45,965 nucleotides of DNA, from contig JAGOCE010000001.1 of NCBI GenBank assembly GCA_017998915.1, positions 1 to 45,965 of the forward strand, written 5' to 3'. A program made the position numbers and the translations under genes. The notes under the pieces were generated by a model. That model was not told the DNA's origin, did not search any database, and saw only the letters and a list, made by a program, of their open reading frames with translations. Below are positions 15,505 through 23,781 of the stretch, piece after piece. This DNA comes from Candidatus Ozemobacteraceae bacterium. Lineage in GTDB: Bacteria; Muiribacteriota; Ozemobacteria; Ozemobacterales; Ozemobacteraceae. The first letter of the stretch is position 1. Each line of letters starts with the position of its first letter.

Positions 15505-17150
15505 GTCATGCTCCTCATTGCCGAGCGCACCAACTCGATGTTCGAAACGGGCGTGCCGTCTGAGGCTTGGCACGCCGTCAGCCGGGCGATGCCGCGATAC
15601 AGGTCTTCCTTCCGTCGGAGAAGATGCCCGAGAAATGCGCACAGTTCGGTCGCGAACCCGGCGGCGTCGGCACGCTCGTTCCCGAACATCTTGAGCAGGG
15701 CGATGAGGCCTGCCCAGTCGCCGAACGGCGCGGCAGCGTCCATGAGGCGCCGCGCGGCATCGACCCGGACGTGCGGGGTGGCCCCGGGAAGCCGTTTCGC
15801 AAGAAAAACGACCGCACGGAGCACGGCTTCAACCGGCAGGCCGCGCCCGGCAGCCTCTGTGGCGATCTCGATCGCGCCGGCGCCGGCCACGGCAGGGTCG
15901 GCATCCGGTGCGCCCTTGTCGTGGCCGTGGTCGTGATTGAGGGCCTGCGCCGTATCGACGAACAGCGCTTCGGGAAGGTTCAGCTCCGCCGAGGCGCGCA
16001 GGATCCCGTCTCCGACCAGGGCTTCGGCGGCTTCGACCTGCGCGGCCGGAAGAAGGAGCCGGAGGAGCTCCGCCGCCGCGAGCCGGGCGCCGTTGTCGGG
16101 CATGAGAGTATGCGCCGCGGCCGAGGCCTTCTGCCTGGCGGCGGGATCCCGCCAGGCGGTCACCCGGGGAGGCAGGGTTTCCGACAGGGGGCCCGGGGGA
16201 AGAAACGTCGCCGCTCCGGCAGCCACAGCTCTCGCTGCGCGGGCATCCTGCTCGTCGGCGATCTTCTCCTGGGGAAGGAACACCGACGGTACGCCGGCCT
16301 GCATCAGCTCGGCGAAGGTGTTGTAGCCGGCGGCGCAGACCGCGATGTCGAGACCGGCCATCAGCTCGGCGGCGCCGAGCCCCGACAGCCAGGTGATGCG
16401 TTCTCCCGGAACCTGGCGGCCGCGGTAGAGCGGCCCGGCCCCGACGACGAGGTGAAGTGAAGGATCGGGCGCGAGGGCGGCGATCGTCGATTCGAGCTGG
16501 GCGGCGGCCGTCGGGTCGCCCCCGCCGCCGGCCGACAGGTAGACGGCGAGGCGGTCGTCAGACACGCCGAGATGCCTGCGAGCCGCGTCGCGCGAAACCA
16601 GTTCGGCCCGCTCACGTGCGATGACGGGGCCGACATGCGTCACGCGCGCGCGGATCTGTTCGGGCACCGGCACGGGGGCATCGGTTTCGGGAACGAGAAT
16701 ACGGTCATAGAGCGGCAGCATCGCCTGGAACTCGGCCCGCTCGGCGAACGCGGATTTCATCGGACGGAAAATGAACGCCCGTTTCCGGCAGAGGTCGAGC
16801 GCCGGCAACAGTTCGCCGAAACTGCCTCTGGGGAACGAATCCACGATGAACAGGTCCGGCCGCAGAAGCCCGAGCGAGTGCCAGACCCACTGCTTGGCGA
16901 GGGCGAGATAGGCGGTCTTGTCGATCCCGGTCTCGGCCACGGAGGTCTTGGACGGCAGTTTGAACGAGGCGAACCGCTCGTGAAAAAGCAGCGCATCGGC
17001 TTCGGAGGACGTGAGAAACCATATCTCCAGCTTTATATCCAGCGCGTGCGCGTACCGCCGGAGCCATCGGGCAATCGCGGTCAGCCGGGTGAGATGCCCG
17101 ACCCCCGCCCCGTTGACGGCGTAGTTCACGATCCGAAGCGTCTGGCCCAT
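15501..17150 (-). CDS. MurG/GT28-like glycosyltransferase with ~170-aa C-terminal extension of unknown function
   Basis: The start I favour is the ATG at 17150 (MGQTLRIVNYAVNGAGVGHLTR), 8 nt after the upstream stop; the track ORF extends to 17675. Motifs YLSAGGGGDP and VCAAGYNTFAELMQAGVPSVFLP resemble Glyco_tran_28 C-terminal domains. I recognise no motif in the last ~170 aa. Confidence 0.78.
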   Translation of the reverse strand: MGQTLRIVNYAVNGAGVGHLTRLTAIARWLRRYAHALDIKLEIWFLTSSEADALLFHERFASFKLPSKTSVAETGIDKTAYLALAKQWVWHSLGLLRPDLFIVDSFPRGSFGELLPALDLCRKRAFIFRPMKSAFAERAEFQAMLPLYDRILVPETDAPVPVPEQIRARVTHVGPVIARERAELVSRDAARRHLGVSDDRLAVYLSAGGGGDPTAAAQLESTIAALAPDPSLHLVVGAGPLYRGRQVPGERITWLSGLGAAELMAGLDIAVCAAGYNTFAELMQAGVPSVFLPQEKIADEQDARAARAVAAGAATFLPPGPLSETLPPRVTAWRDPAARQKASAAAHTLMPDNGARLAAAELLRLLLPAAQVEAAEALVGDGILRASAELNLPEALFVDTAQALNHDHGHDKGAPDADPAVAGAGAIEIATEAAGRGLPVEAVLRAVVFLAKRLPGATPHVRVDAARRLMDAAAPFGDWAGLIALLKMFGNERADAAGFATELCAFLGHLLRRKEDLYRGIARLTACQASDGTPVSNIELVRSAMRSMT

Positions 17151-17158
17151 GAACGCGG

Positions 17159-18448
17159 CTACGATGCGTCGACGTAACGACCGGGGAGTGTTCCGCCGTG
17201 TAGGAGCCCCGCCTCGGCCGCCGCCGCGGCCTCTTCCGCATCGAGATGGTGCTGGGGTCCTTCGTAGTCCGGGTGATCGTGGCGGAACTCGGAGACTTCG
17301 GGAATGAAGTCGCCGTCGAACGAGCCGTCCGTGAAGACATCCCACCACAGGACGGTTCCGGCGAGGTTCACGCGGCCGTAGTCGTTGAAGCCGCGAACGG
17401 TGCCGGCCATCCGGGCATACCGTTCGCGCCGCCTTCGGATCTTGTCGCGCGGCGCGATATACCGACGGTCGTAATCGGTATCGGCGAGGGTGTCGCGGGA
17501 TCGCTTCGGCCGCTGCCATTTGTAGGTGTCGCGGTCGGCCTTGCTCTTGAGCTCCCCGAGTTGCGTCAGTTCGGCATCGAGCTGTGTGTTGATGCGTTCG
17601 AGATACAGGGCTTTCGCAGCCGTGCCGCGAAGAACCTTGAACGCTTCGGCGAGGTCGGGGGCGGCCGAGATGCACCGGTCGATCGCGGCCATGTCGCCAT
17701 CGAGCAGATACCGGACGAGAAGTTCGTGCGCCCGCTCGAGGTGGCGCTCGTCGAGGTGCTCGAGATACCCGCGGAGTTCGTCGCTGCGCTGCCTGACGGC
17801 TTCGACGTCGGCGAGCAGGGCGTCCGTCTCGGAGATTGCCCGGTCGGACTCCTCGATGGCTTTCCAGGCGTCGAGAATTTTCGGCCGGAGCTGCGCGAAT
17901 GCATCGAGGCCGGGAAACCGCTCGAGAACCTCGTCGCCCGCCTTCCAGTCGTCGTAGAACTCGAGTTGCCAGAAGGCCGTTCTATAGGAAGGAGTATCGT
18001 ATCCGGACTCCATCAGCCTGTTCAGCCGAGGATGCTGGGCCTTGGCCGACAGCTGGCGGGCCGGCTCTGACTCAGCGAGCTGCTCCGCGCGTTTTTGTCC
18101 GAGCCTCGCGACGATGCTCTCGGCGTTGGAAAAGCGCGGGTCGGCCTCGGCCTCGGCGAGTTCGGCCGTGCGGGCGTGTCGGTCCTCTTCGCGCTGGGCG
18201 ACGAGGTCGGGGCGCGACAGGATGGGACAGCCGGTCAGGAGCGCGGCGCGCTCGAGCGCGGGCGGGCTCAACTCGGGAAGCAGGGCTACGGCAAGCCGCA
18301 GAGCCTCCTCCTCGCGCGCCCTGACGGCCTCGTTCAGAGCCGCCGTGTTTTCGGCCTTGAGTTTGCGCAGTTCCTCGATTTCCGTCACCGCCGTCTCGGA
18401 AAGGCCACGGGCAGCCTGGACGACGTCATTCGATCGGTAAACGCTCAC
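17159..18448 (-). CDS. hypothetical coiled-coil protein (first gene of the radical SAM operon)
   Basis: The start I favour is the GTG at 18448, preceded by AAGGTGAGAG; the track ORF starts at 18529. The protein is rich in E/R/A/L heptad-like segments. No catalytic motif recognised. Confidence 0.65.
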   Translation of the reverse strand: MSVYRSNDVVQAARGLSETAVTEIEELRKLKAENTAALNEAVRAREEEALRLAVALLPELSPPALERAALLTGCPILSRPDLVAQREEDRHARTAELAEAEADPRFSNAESIVARLGQKRAEQLAESEPARQLSAKAQHPRLNRLMESGYDTPSYRTAFWQLEFYDDWKAGDEVLERFPGLDAFAQLRPKILDAWKAIEESDRAISETDALLADVEAVRQRSDELRGYLEHLDERHLERAHELLVRYLLDGDMAAIDRCISAAPDLAEAFKVLRGTAAKALYLERINTQLDAELTQLGELKSKADRDTYKWQRPKRSRDTLADTDYDRRYIAPRDKIRRRRERYARMAGTVRGFNDYGRVNLAGTVLWWDVFTDGSFDGDFIPEVSEFRHDHPDYEGPQHHLDAEEAAAAAEAGLLHGGTLPGRYVDAS

Positions 18449-18512
18449 GTGTCTCTCACCTTCTCGTTCTCGTTCCCGCTGCCGGCGCGGGACAGTGCCT
18501 GATTGCCGGCCA

Positions 18513-18572
18513 GGAAAAACCGGCCGCACATTTTCCCTGAAAGCTCAGGGACAAATGTAACACAGCGGCCGG
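18513..18572 (-). terminator. compound hairpin plus T-run, likely intrinsic terminator of the phospholipase C-like gene
   Basis: On the minus strand: CCGGCCGC (18572-18565) ... CCCTGA-gctt-TCAGGG (18550-18535) ... GCGGCCGG (18527-18520), followed by TTTTT (18519-18515). It lies 40 nt downstream of the stop at 18614. Confidence 0.55.
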
Positions 18573-18613
18573 TTCGGGGGGAGCGGGGAATTATTCCGGA
18601 AGTGTTGGTGAGA

Positions 18614-19918
18614 TCAGCGAAGAACGGCGATCAGAGCGGCCAGGGTCGCCTCGACGGCGTTGGAGAGGCTGCCGCCGATCTCGTTGAGGAGCGGGGTCTT
18701 TTTGTTCCGGTGGCCGTCGATCCAGCTTTGCACGGACGTGTCGGGGAAATAGGGCGAAACGTCGAACGCGCCGTCGGCGAAGGGGTCGTAACTTGGGTCG
18801 CCGACCAGTTTCTTCGGGAAGGCTTTGCCCACGAGCTTGTCGATCTTGTGCGCGCGGTCGAAGGCGCTTTTGTTGCGGGCCTTGAACAGCTTCATCAGCA
18901 TCGTGGTGGGCGGATCATCCTGCTCGTCCTGCGCGGCGCACAGGGCGGCGACCTTCTGGGAAAGGCCGGAATACAGCTTTTCCGGGGCTGCAGCGCCGAG
19001 GATCTGCATGCGTGCTGCGACGGCCTCGAAGAGGAAATGGCGATTCGACAGCAGTTGCGTGTTGTCGCTGCTGAACCGTTCTTTGTCTTTCGCCAGGATG
19101 GCTTTCGCGATGACCAGCGGATTGAGGAACGGCACGGCACTCGCATGATACGGTGCGGTCATGTCCTGCAGGTAATGAATGGTGCTCGCGAGGAAGCGGG
19201 CTGCCCAGTACCGGTCGCCGGCGCACAGCGCGACCTGGGCCAGATTGGCGAACGCGACGAAGCGCAGATGGGTCATACCCTGCTTGAGAGAAGGCTTGAT
19301 CTTGAGGGAAATCCAGTTTTCACAGGGGAAATACATGTGGAACGGTGCCTGGGAACTCGTTCCCTTCAGCGAACCGTAGGGGATCTCGCCGTATCGCGGG
19401 TCGCCGGCGCCAAACAGTCCTTGATCCATGCCCCAGTCGGGTTCGTCGGAGAACAGGACCAGCCAGTCCCCGAAGCTACGCGCCATGTTCGGGTTCGCCA
19501 GGGCGGCGTTCTGAACGGCATCGAAGCCGGCTGGGAAGACGACCTTCGAGAAGGCTGTCGGGGCCACGCCGAGAATCTCGAGGAATTGCTTCTGGGACAT
19601 CGTTCCGGGCTGGCGGAGCAGCGCGGCATTCGCGTCCGAGAGGAGCCAGTGTGGATACGTGTACGCCCGCTGTTTCCAGTCGTGAAACAGGCGGAGCGCC
19701 GTCTTGAGCGCTTCGTTGTTCCGGGCGACGAACGAGGCGAGGGTGGTCGGCCTGACCACCTTGCCCAGGGCGGGCAGTTCGTCCTCCAGGGCGTTCACCG
19801 CGACGCTGGTCAGCAGAAAATGTTTGTCCCACGCCGATGAGACGGAAGAAGCCAGCAGCACGAAAATGCAGGCAACCCCCGCGATATATCTGACCGGCAT
19901 CGGTACTCGTGCGTTCAT
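18614..19918 (-). CDS. secreted zinc-dependent phospholipase C-like protein
   Basis: Signal peptide (IFVLLASSVSSA). The predicted mature N-terminus WDKH resembles the W1/His zinc ligands of Bacillus and Clostridium PLCs. HYLQDMTAPYHAS matches the H-x-x-x-D-x-x-x-P-x-H zinc motif of that family. GGAGG lies upstream of the ATG. Confidence 0.65.
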   Translation of the reverse strand: MNARVPMPVRYIAGVACIFVLLASSVSSAWDKHFLLTSVAVNALEDELPALGKVVRPTTLASFVARNNEALKTALRLFHDWKQRAYTYPHWLLSDANAALLRQPGTMSQKQFLEILGVAPTAFSKVVFPAGFDAVQNAALANPNMARSFGDWLVLFSDEPDWGMDQGLFGAGDPRYGEIPYGSLKGTSSQAPFHMYFPCENWISLKIKPSLKQGMTHLRFVAFANLAQVALCAGDRYWAARFLASTIHYLQDMTAPYHASAVPFLNPLVIAKAILAKDKERFSSDNTQLLSNRHFLFEAVAARMQILGAAAPEKLYSGLSQKVAALCAAQDEQDDPPTTMLMKLFKARNKSAFDRAHKIDKLVGKAFPKKLVGDPSYDPFADGAFDVSPYFPDTSVQSWIDGHRNKKTPLLNEIGGSLSNAVEATLAALIAVLR

Positions 19919-19965
19919 ACGTTCATCCTCCCCAATAGGGCAGCTTTGTGTACCAGTATCTTTTC

Positions 19966-19993
19966 ATTATACAGAGAAATCCGAAACCGGCAA
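19966..19993 (-). promoter_or_regulatory. candidate sigma-70 promoter for the phospholipase C-like gene
   Basis: Minus strand: TTGCCG (19993-19988), 16-nt spacer, TATAAT (19971-19966), about 48 nt upstream of the ATG at 19918. Confidence 0.4.
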
Positions 19994-19995
19994 GT

Positions 19996-20661
19996 TCATC
20001 CTGGGGAACGGGCTGGAGAGGCCAGGAGGCTGAGCCATTCGATGCTGCGGCCGGAGGTGTCGAGGTTGCGGGTTTCCTCCAGGATTCTGAAGTTCGCCCG
20101 CTCGAGGGCTGTCCGCGCCGTTTCGGGGAGATAGAACGTCCAACGGCGGCCGTCTTCGTCCCGGTTTTCGCCCGAGCCGATTTTCAGTGACACGGCGAGA
20201 ACGCCGCCCGGCAGAAGGAGACGGTATATATCACATAATACATCATGAGCCTGCGCTGCCGGTACGTGCAGAAGGGAGGCGCATGCCCAGACTCCGCCAA
20301 AACACGCGTCGCGGAAGGGAAGGCGCAGAAAATCGCCGCGCAGGAGGAGCCGGCCGCCCCGGGCCTTGTGTGCCGCGATCAGGCCGGCCGATGCGTCGAG
20401 GGAGACGGCTTCGAATCCGCGCAGGCGCAGGGCTTCCGAATCTCTCCCCGCGCCCGAACCGAGGTCGAGCACGCGGCACCCGGGACGCAGGCGGTCGCAG
20501 AACGGGGTCAGGAGAAACGAGAGATCCTGTTGCCACGAGGATTCGGTGTAGGCCGTGGCGCGATCGTCATAGTAGGCGACGGTCTTTTTATCCGGTCCCG
20601 ACGCATGCGATGCGAAACCGGCAGTTTCGGGGTCGGTGCGGTGATGCTGGGGCGGCGTCAT
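19996..20661 (-). CDS. class I SAM-dependent methyltransferase
   Basis: Motif I VLDLGSGAGRDS, with the post-I acidic residue and motif II region. The ATG overlaps the upstream TGA by 1 nt (TGATG at 20663-20659). Confidence 0.88.
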   Translation of the reverse strand: MTPPQHHRTDPETAGFASHASGPDKKTVAYYDDRATAYTESSWQQDLSFLLTPFCDRLRPGCRVLDLGSGAGRDSEALRLRGFEAVSLDASAGLIAAHKARGGRLLLRGDFLRLPFRDACFGGVWACASLLHVPAAQAHDVLCDIYRLLLPGGVLAVSLKIGSGENRDEDGRRWTFYLPETARTALERANFRILEETRNLDTSGRSIEWLSLLASPARSPG

Positions 20662-21353
20662 CAGTCGAGTAGCAGCTTCAGGACGGTGTCGAGATCCGAG
20701 AGGTCGTTGAGAGCCCAGGTCGCGCCGGCGGCTTCGAGCTCATACCGTGAGGCCGATCCGGTGGCCACGGCGAGGCTCCGCACGCCCCATGGGTGGCAGG
20801 AGGCGACGTCGTGGACGGTGTCGCCGACGACCGTCACCGTCTCCGGGCTGAACGGCTTCCCGGCGAGTTCGGCGGCACGACGCATCGCGAGGCCGACCAG
20901 CTCGGCGCGCGTCGGATGCTCGCAGCCGAACGCGCCGAAGGGAAAATAGCCGGCGATACCGAACCGGTCGAGTTTGATACGGGCCCCTTCGCGGATGTTG
21001 CCCGTCACCAGTCCGAGACAGGCGCGGCCGGACGAGGCGAGGGCATTCAGGAGCGGTTCGATGCCGGGTTTCAGATGACCCTTGCCGGCGATTTCCCGGC
21101 GCAGGATCGCCGTGTAGTGGTCTTTGAATTTCGAGATCGATTCCGGGTCGGGAAACGCCCTGCCGTCGCGGATACACACTTGCTTGATCGCGTTCAGATC
21201 GGTGTTCCCGTCGAGTCTGATCCCTTCGAGACCGCGCGCGGCGCCGAGCACGTCGATCATCGATCGCTCGATCGCATGGTATCCGCTCCGGTCGGCTGAA
21301 AGAAGGGTTCCGTCGATGTCGAATAGAATCAGGCGATCACGATGGCTCGTCAT
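20661..21353 (-). CDS. HAD-superfamily hydrolase (phosphoglycolate phosphatase-like)
   Basis: Motif I LILFDIDGTLL, motif II LVTGN, motif IV VGDTVHD. Start at ATG 21353 or 21377; either choice overlaps the end of the cyclase gene. Confidence 0.85.
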   Translation of the reverse strand: MTSHRDRLILFDIDGTLLSADRSGYHAIERSMIDVLGAARGLEGIRLDGNTDLNAIKQVCIRDGRAFPDPESISKFKDHYTAILRREIAGKGHLKPGIEPLLNALASSGRACLGLVTGNIREGARIKLDRFGIAGYFPFGAFGCEHPTRAELVGLAMRRAAELAGKPFSPETVTVVGDTVHDVASCHPWGVRSLAVATGSASRYELEAAGATWALNDLSDLDTVLKLLLD

Positions 21354-23004
21354 GCGGTTCTCCTGGAGATGGTGCATTGGAGGAGGCGGGGGTGTCGGCG
21401 GGCGCGGCCGGGGCGACGGGTTCAGCCTGGGCGGTGGCCAGGCGGGAGCGGACGCTCACGAATTCCTTGGGTTTTTCCTGCTTTTCCCGGATCATCCCCT
21501 GGATTTCATAGACGCGGACACGGCCTTCCATCCCTCTGATCTGAACATTCTCGTGCGGAATGGCGCGGACTTCTTTGGCCACTTGGGCAAAGGTGTTCTC
21601 GTCGACGAGGATCGTCGTCTTGAACTCCTTGTTGAGTGCCTCGAGTCGCGATGCGAGATTGACGGTGGAACCCATGACCGTGAACTCCTGACGACGCTCG
21701 GAACCGATGTTGCCGGCCAGAACGGGGCCGCTTGCTATACCTATGCGAATTTTAAAGCATTCGCGGTTTTCCTGTGCCCATTTGGCTTGGAGCTGCTGCA
21801 AACGGTCGAGCATCGCGAGGGCGGCCTCGATTGCCGCCCTGCCGGAAGAGGGGAGGTCGCCGAGAACGCCGAACCTGGCCATGACGGCGTCGCCGATGAA
21901 CTTGTCGATCTCCCCGTCGTGCTCGAGGACCACGTCGGTCATCGCCGAAAGATACTCGTTCATTGCGGCTACGACCTGTGCCGGGGCCATGCCTGAACTG
22001 AACGCCGTGAACCCGGCAATATCCGAAAACAGGATCGTCGCGTTCTTCTCGATGCCGCCGAGGTTGACCGAGCCGGGGTTCGCCAGGAGCGTATCGACCA
22101 GTTCCGCCGAAGTGTATTTCGAGAAGATCTCCTTGAGTTTCTTCTTTTCGGCGAGTTCGCGTTCGCTGAGCTGCTTCGATGACGTCAGCTCGGTGCGGGT
22201 CTGGAGGAATACGTTCGCGTTCGAGATCGCCATGCCCATGAAGGAAACGAGCGAGATCATGAACCGCAGGTCGGCCTCGTCGACCTCCTGGCGGTTGTCT
22301 TGAAATGACTCGATATATATCATTCCAAACGTTTCGCCTGGGATGCCGATGGGCATCGCCACGAGTGTGTCTGGTAGAGGGTCGCGGTCGACGAGACCCC
22401 GTGTTTCCGGGTCATCGAGGGCGGCGTTCCGATAGACGAGCTGTCCCCGGGAGAACGACCAGGTGAGAAAATGCTCGACCTTGTCGACGGGCAGGATCAG
22501 GGAGTCCCTGATTTCGTCCTTGAAGCCGGCCCATCGGAAAGGATACAACTCGTTCCTGGAACGGTCGTGGAGAAACAGGATGTAGCGCGCCACGCCGAGT
22601 TCCTGCACGAGCATCTCCGTGATGGCGTTGAACACTTTTTCCGGGTCGAGGGTGGTGGTAAGGTTTTTGACCTTGCTGAAGAGCATCGAGGCCTGCCGGC
22701 GAACCTGTTGCAACCGGGTCTTGAGCTCGTCGTTCTTCTTCTGAAACTCCTCGCGCAGCCGGTCGGCATAAGCTTTTTCGAGACGCTGCCGCGTTTCGTC
22801 GCCCAGGCGGATACGCCGGTCGCCCATGGCATATCTAAAAATATAAAAAAGACAGCCTGCCAGCATGACGGCCATCGCGGATGCGAAGAAAAACAGAGCC
22901 CAGGGCAGGGGATTCGGGGGCAAGATGAACTCGACGCTCTCCGCCGCCCGAACGGCAGCAGGAAACGTCGCAAGAGAAATCAGCGCCAGGATGGGGCGTC
23001 GCAT
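21337..23004 (-). CDS. membrane-anchored GAF domain adenylate/guanylate cyclase (class III)
   Basis: Signal/TM segments, a coiled-coil, a GAF-like region, then the cyclase core ATILFSDIAGFTAFSS...IGDAVMARFG...RIGIASGPVLAGNIG...TVMGSTVNLASRLE. Confidence 0.9.
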   Translation of the reverse strand: MRRPILALISLATFPAAVRAAESVEFILPPNPLPWALFFFASAMAVMLAGCLFYIFRYAMGDRRIRLGDETRQRLEKAYADRLREEFQKKNDELKTRLQQVRRQASMLFSKVKNLTTTLDPEKVFNAITEMLVQELGVARYILFLHDRSRNELYPFRWAGFKDEIRDSLILPVDKVEHFLTWSFSRGQLVYRNAALDDPETRGLVDRDPLPDTLVAMPIGIPGETFGMIYIESFQDNRQEVDEADLRFMISLVSFMGMAISNANVFLQTRTELTSSKQLSERELAEKKKLKEIFSKYTSAELVDTLLANPGSVNLGGIEKNATILFSDIAGFTAFSSGMAPAQVVAAMNEYLSAMTDVVLEHDGEIDKFIGDAVMARFGVLGDLPSSGRAAIEAALAMLDRLQQLQAKWAQENRECFKIRIGIASGPVLAGNIGSERRQEFTVMGSTVNLASRLEALNKEFKTTILVDENTFAQVAKEVRAIPHENVQIRGMEGRVRVYEIQGMIREKQEKPKEFVSVRSRLATAQAEPVAPAAPADTPASSNAPSPGEPHDEPS

Positions 23005-23038
23005 GCGGCTCAGTTTCGGTTTATATTCATCGGATACC

Positions 23039-23059
23039 GGGAATTGTACACCAATTCCC
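23039..23059. promoter_or_regulatory. perfect 8-bp inverted repeat upstream of the cyclase gene
   Basis: GGGAATTG-tacac-CAATTCCC, 35-55 nt upstream of the cyclase ATG (23004) and about 40 nt downstream of the pseudopilin operon stop (23101). It could be an operator or a T-run-less terminator. Confidence 0.35.
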
Positions 23060-23100
23060 TCCGTCCCTCAAACGCCCCTCTTCAAACTTCGAACCCTCAT

Positions 23101-23781
23101 CTACAGGGGCGCCGTGCCGATGGCGAGCTTGAATTTCCCGTTCAGAGGCAGTCGGCCGGCTGGAAACGACGCTCCTGGGGGCGGTGCGAGCGCGATGAAC
23201 AGCTCGAGGATGCTTCCTGTGACCGGGTCTGACGGACTTCCCGTGCCGGTGTCGATATACTCCCGATACTCTCCTCCCGTATTAACCCTGATCAATGCCG
23301 CCTTCGCGTCGAACGAGACGACGTCATCGACCATGACCCGGTCCACCATGGCCTGAAAGCCCGGAGGCGGGGAGCCGCTTTCGACGCTTGCGCTCATGCG
23401 CAGGCTGCGCTCGACCAGCGAGATCTGATAAGCCAGACGATACTCCAGATCGCCGGTCGGGGAAAGGTGATCGGTTTTCCATGCGAGCACCATGGTGTTT
23501 GCCGGTGATGTGGCCTTCTTCCATAACAGGGGGCGCGGATCGGCCTTCACGACCCATTCGGGTCCGGTGCCGTCTCGGATAAGCGTGTCGGTCGCCTCTT
23601 CGAGGGCTTTCCGGATGGTGTTCCAGAACATTTCCGTCTGGCGGGTGCGCTCTTGGCGCCAGGACGCGGCCTGGTAGGCGTTCATGCCGTTCCTGTAGAC
23701 GAAATACAGCCCGCCCGTGAAGAGGCCGACGATGAAGACGGTGACCATCAGCTCGATGAAGGTGATGCCGGAGCGGTTCAA
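23101..23781 (-). CDS. pseudopilin with prepilin-type N-terminal cleavage/methylation motif
   Basis: TTG start sharing TTGA with the upstream stop (23781-23778). N-terminus (M)NRSG|ITFIELMVTVFIVGLF has Glu at +5. Confidence 0.8.
   Translation of the reverse strand: MNRSGITFIELMVTVFIVGLFTGGLYFVYRNGMNAYQAASWRQERTRQTEMFWNTIRKALEEATDTLIRDGTGPEWVVKADPRPLLWKKATSPANTMVLAWKTDHLSPTGDLEYRLAYQISLVERSLRMSASVESGSPPPGFQAMVDRVMVDDVVSFDAKAALIRVNTGGEYREYIDTGTGSPSDPVTGSILELFIALAPPPGASFPAGRLPLNGKFKLAIGTAPL

Noticed and set aside
13650-17675. Over-extended starts of the track ORFs 12750..13724, 13646..14872, 14503..15642 and 15501..17675.
   Set aside because: Each extension overlaps the 3' end of the upstream gene by 75 to more than 500 nt and encodes Arg/Pro-rich junk. 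Internal ATG or GTG codons that overlap the upstream stop by exactly 4 nt (or lie 8 nt after it) give proteins that begin 13-20 residues before the CxxxCxxC motif, or at the GT Rossmann start.
10814-18448. Hopanoid side-chain cluster (hpnH/hpnI/hpnJ/hpnK-like: rSAM, glycosyltransferase, rSAM, deacetylase).
   Set aside because: The rSAMs here are much shorter than HpnH or HpnJ and lack a B12-binding domain. The deacetylase is a secreted NodB/CE4 protein on the opposite strand rather than a YdjC-type HpnK. No squalene-hopene cyclase or hpnG is present.
18445-18531. 28-aa small ORF (MCGRFFLAGNQALSRAGSGNENEKVRDT) whose TGA overlaps the GTG start of the first operon gene; considered as a RiPP precursor for the radical SAM enzymes.
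   Set aside because: Its first codons lie inside the terminator stem and T-run of the upstream gene. It has no SD and no Cys/Trp-rich or repeat core typical of rSAM-modified peptides. It would be worth revisiting only if it is conserved.
20405-20425. GGCTTCGAATCC, resembling a tRNA T-loop.
   Set aside because: The flanking bases do not form a T-stem or acceptor stem, and it lies inside the methyltransferase CDS. No tRNA-like cloverleaf was seen in any intergenic region.
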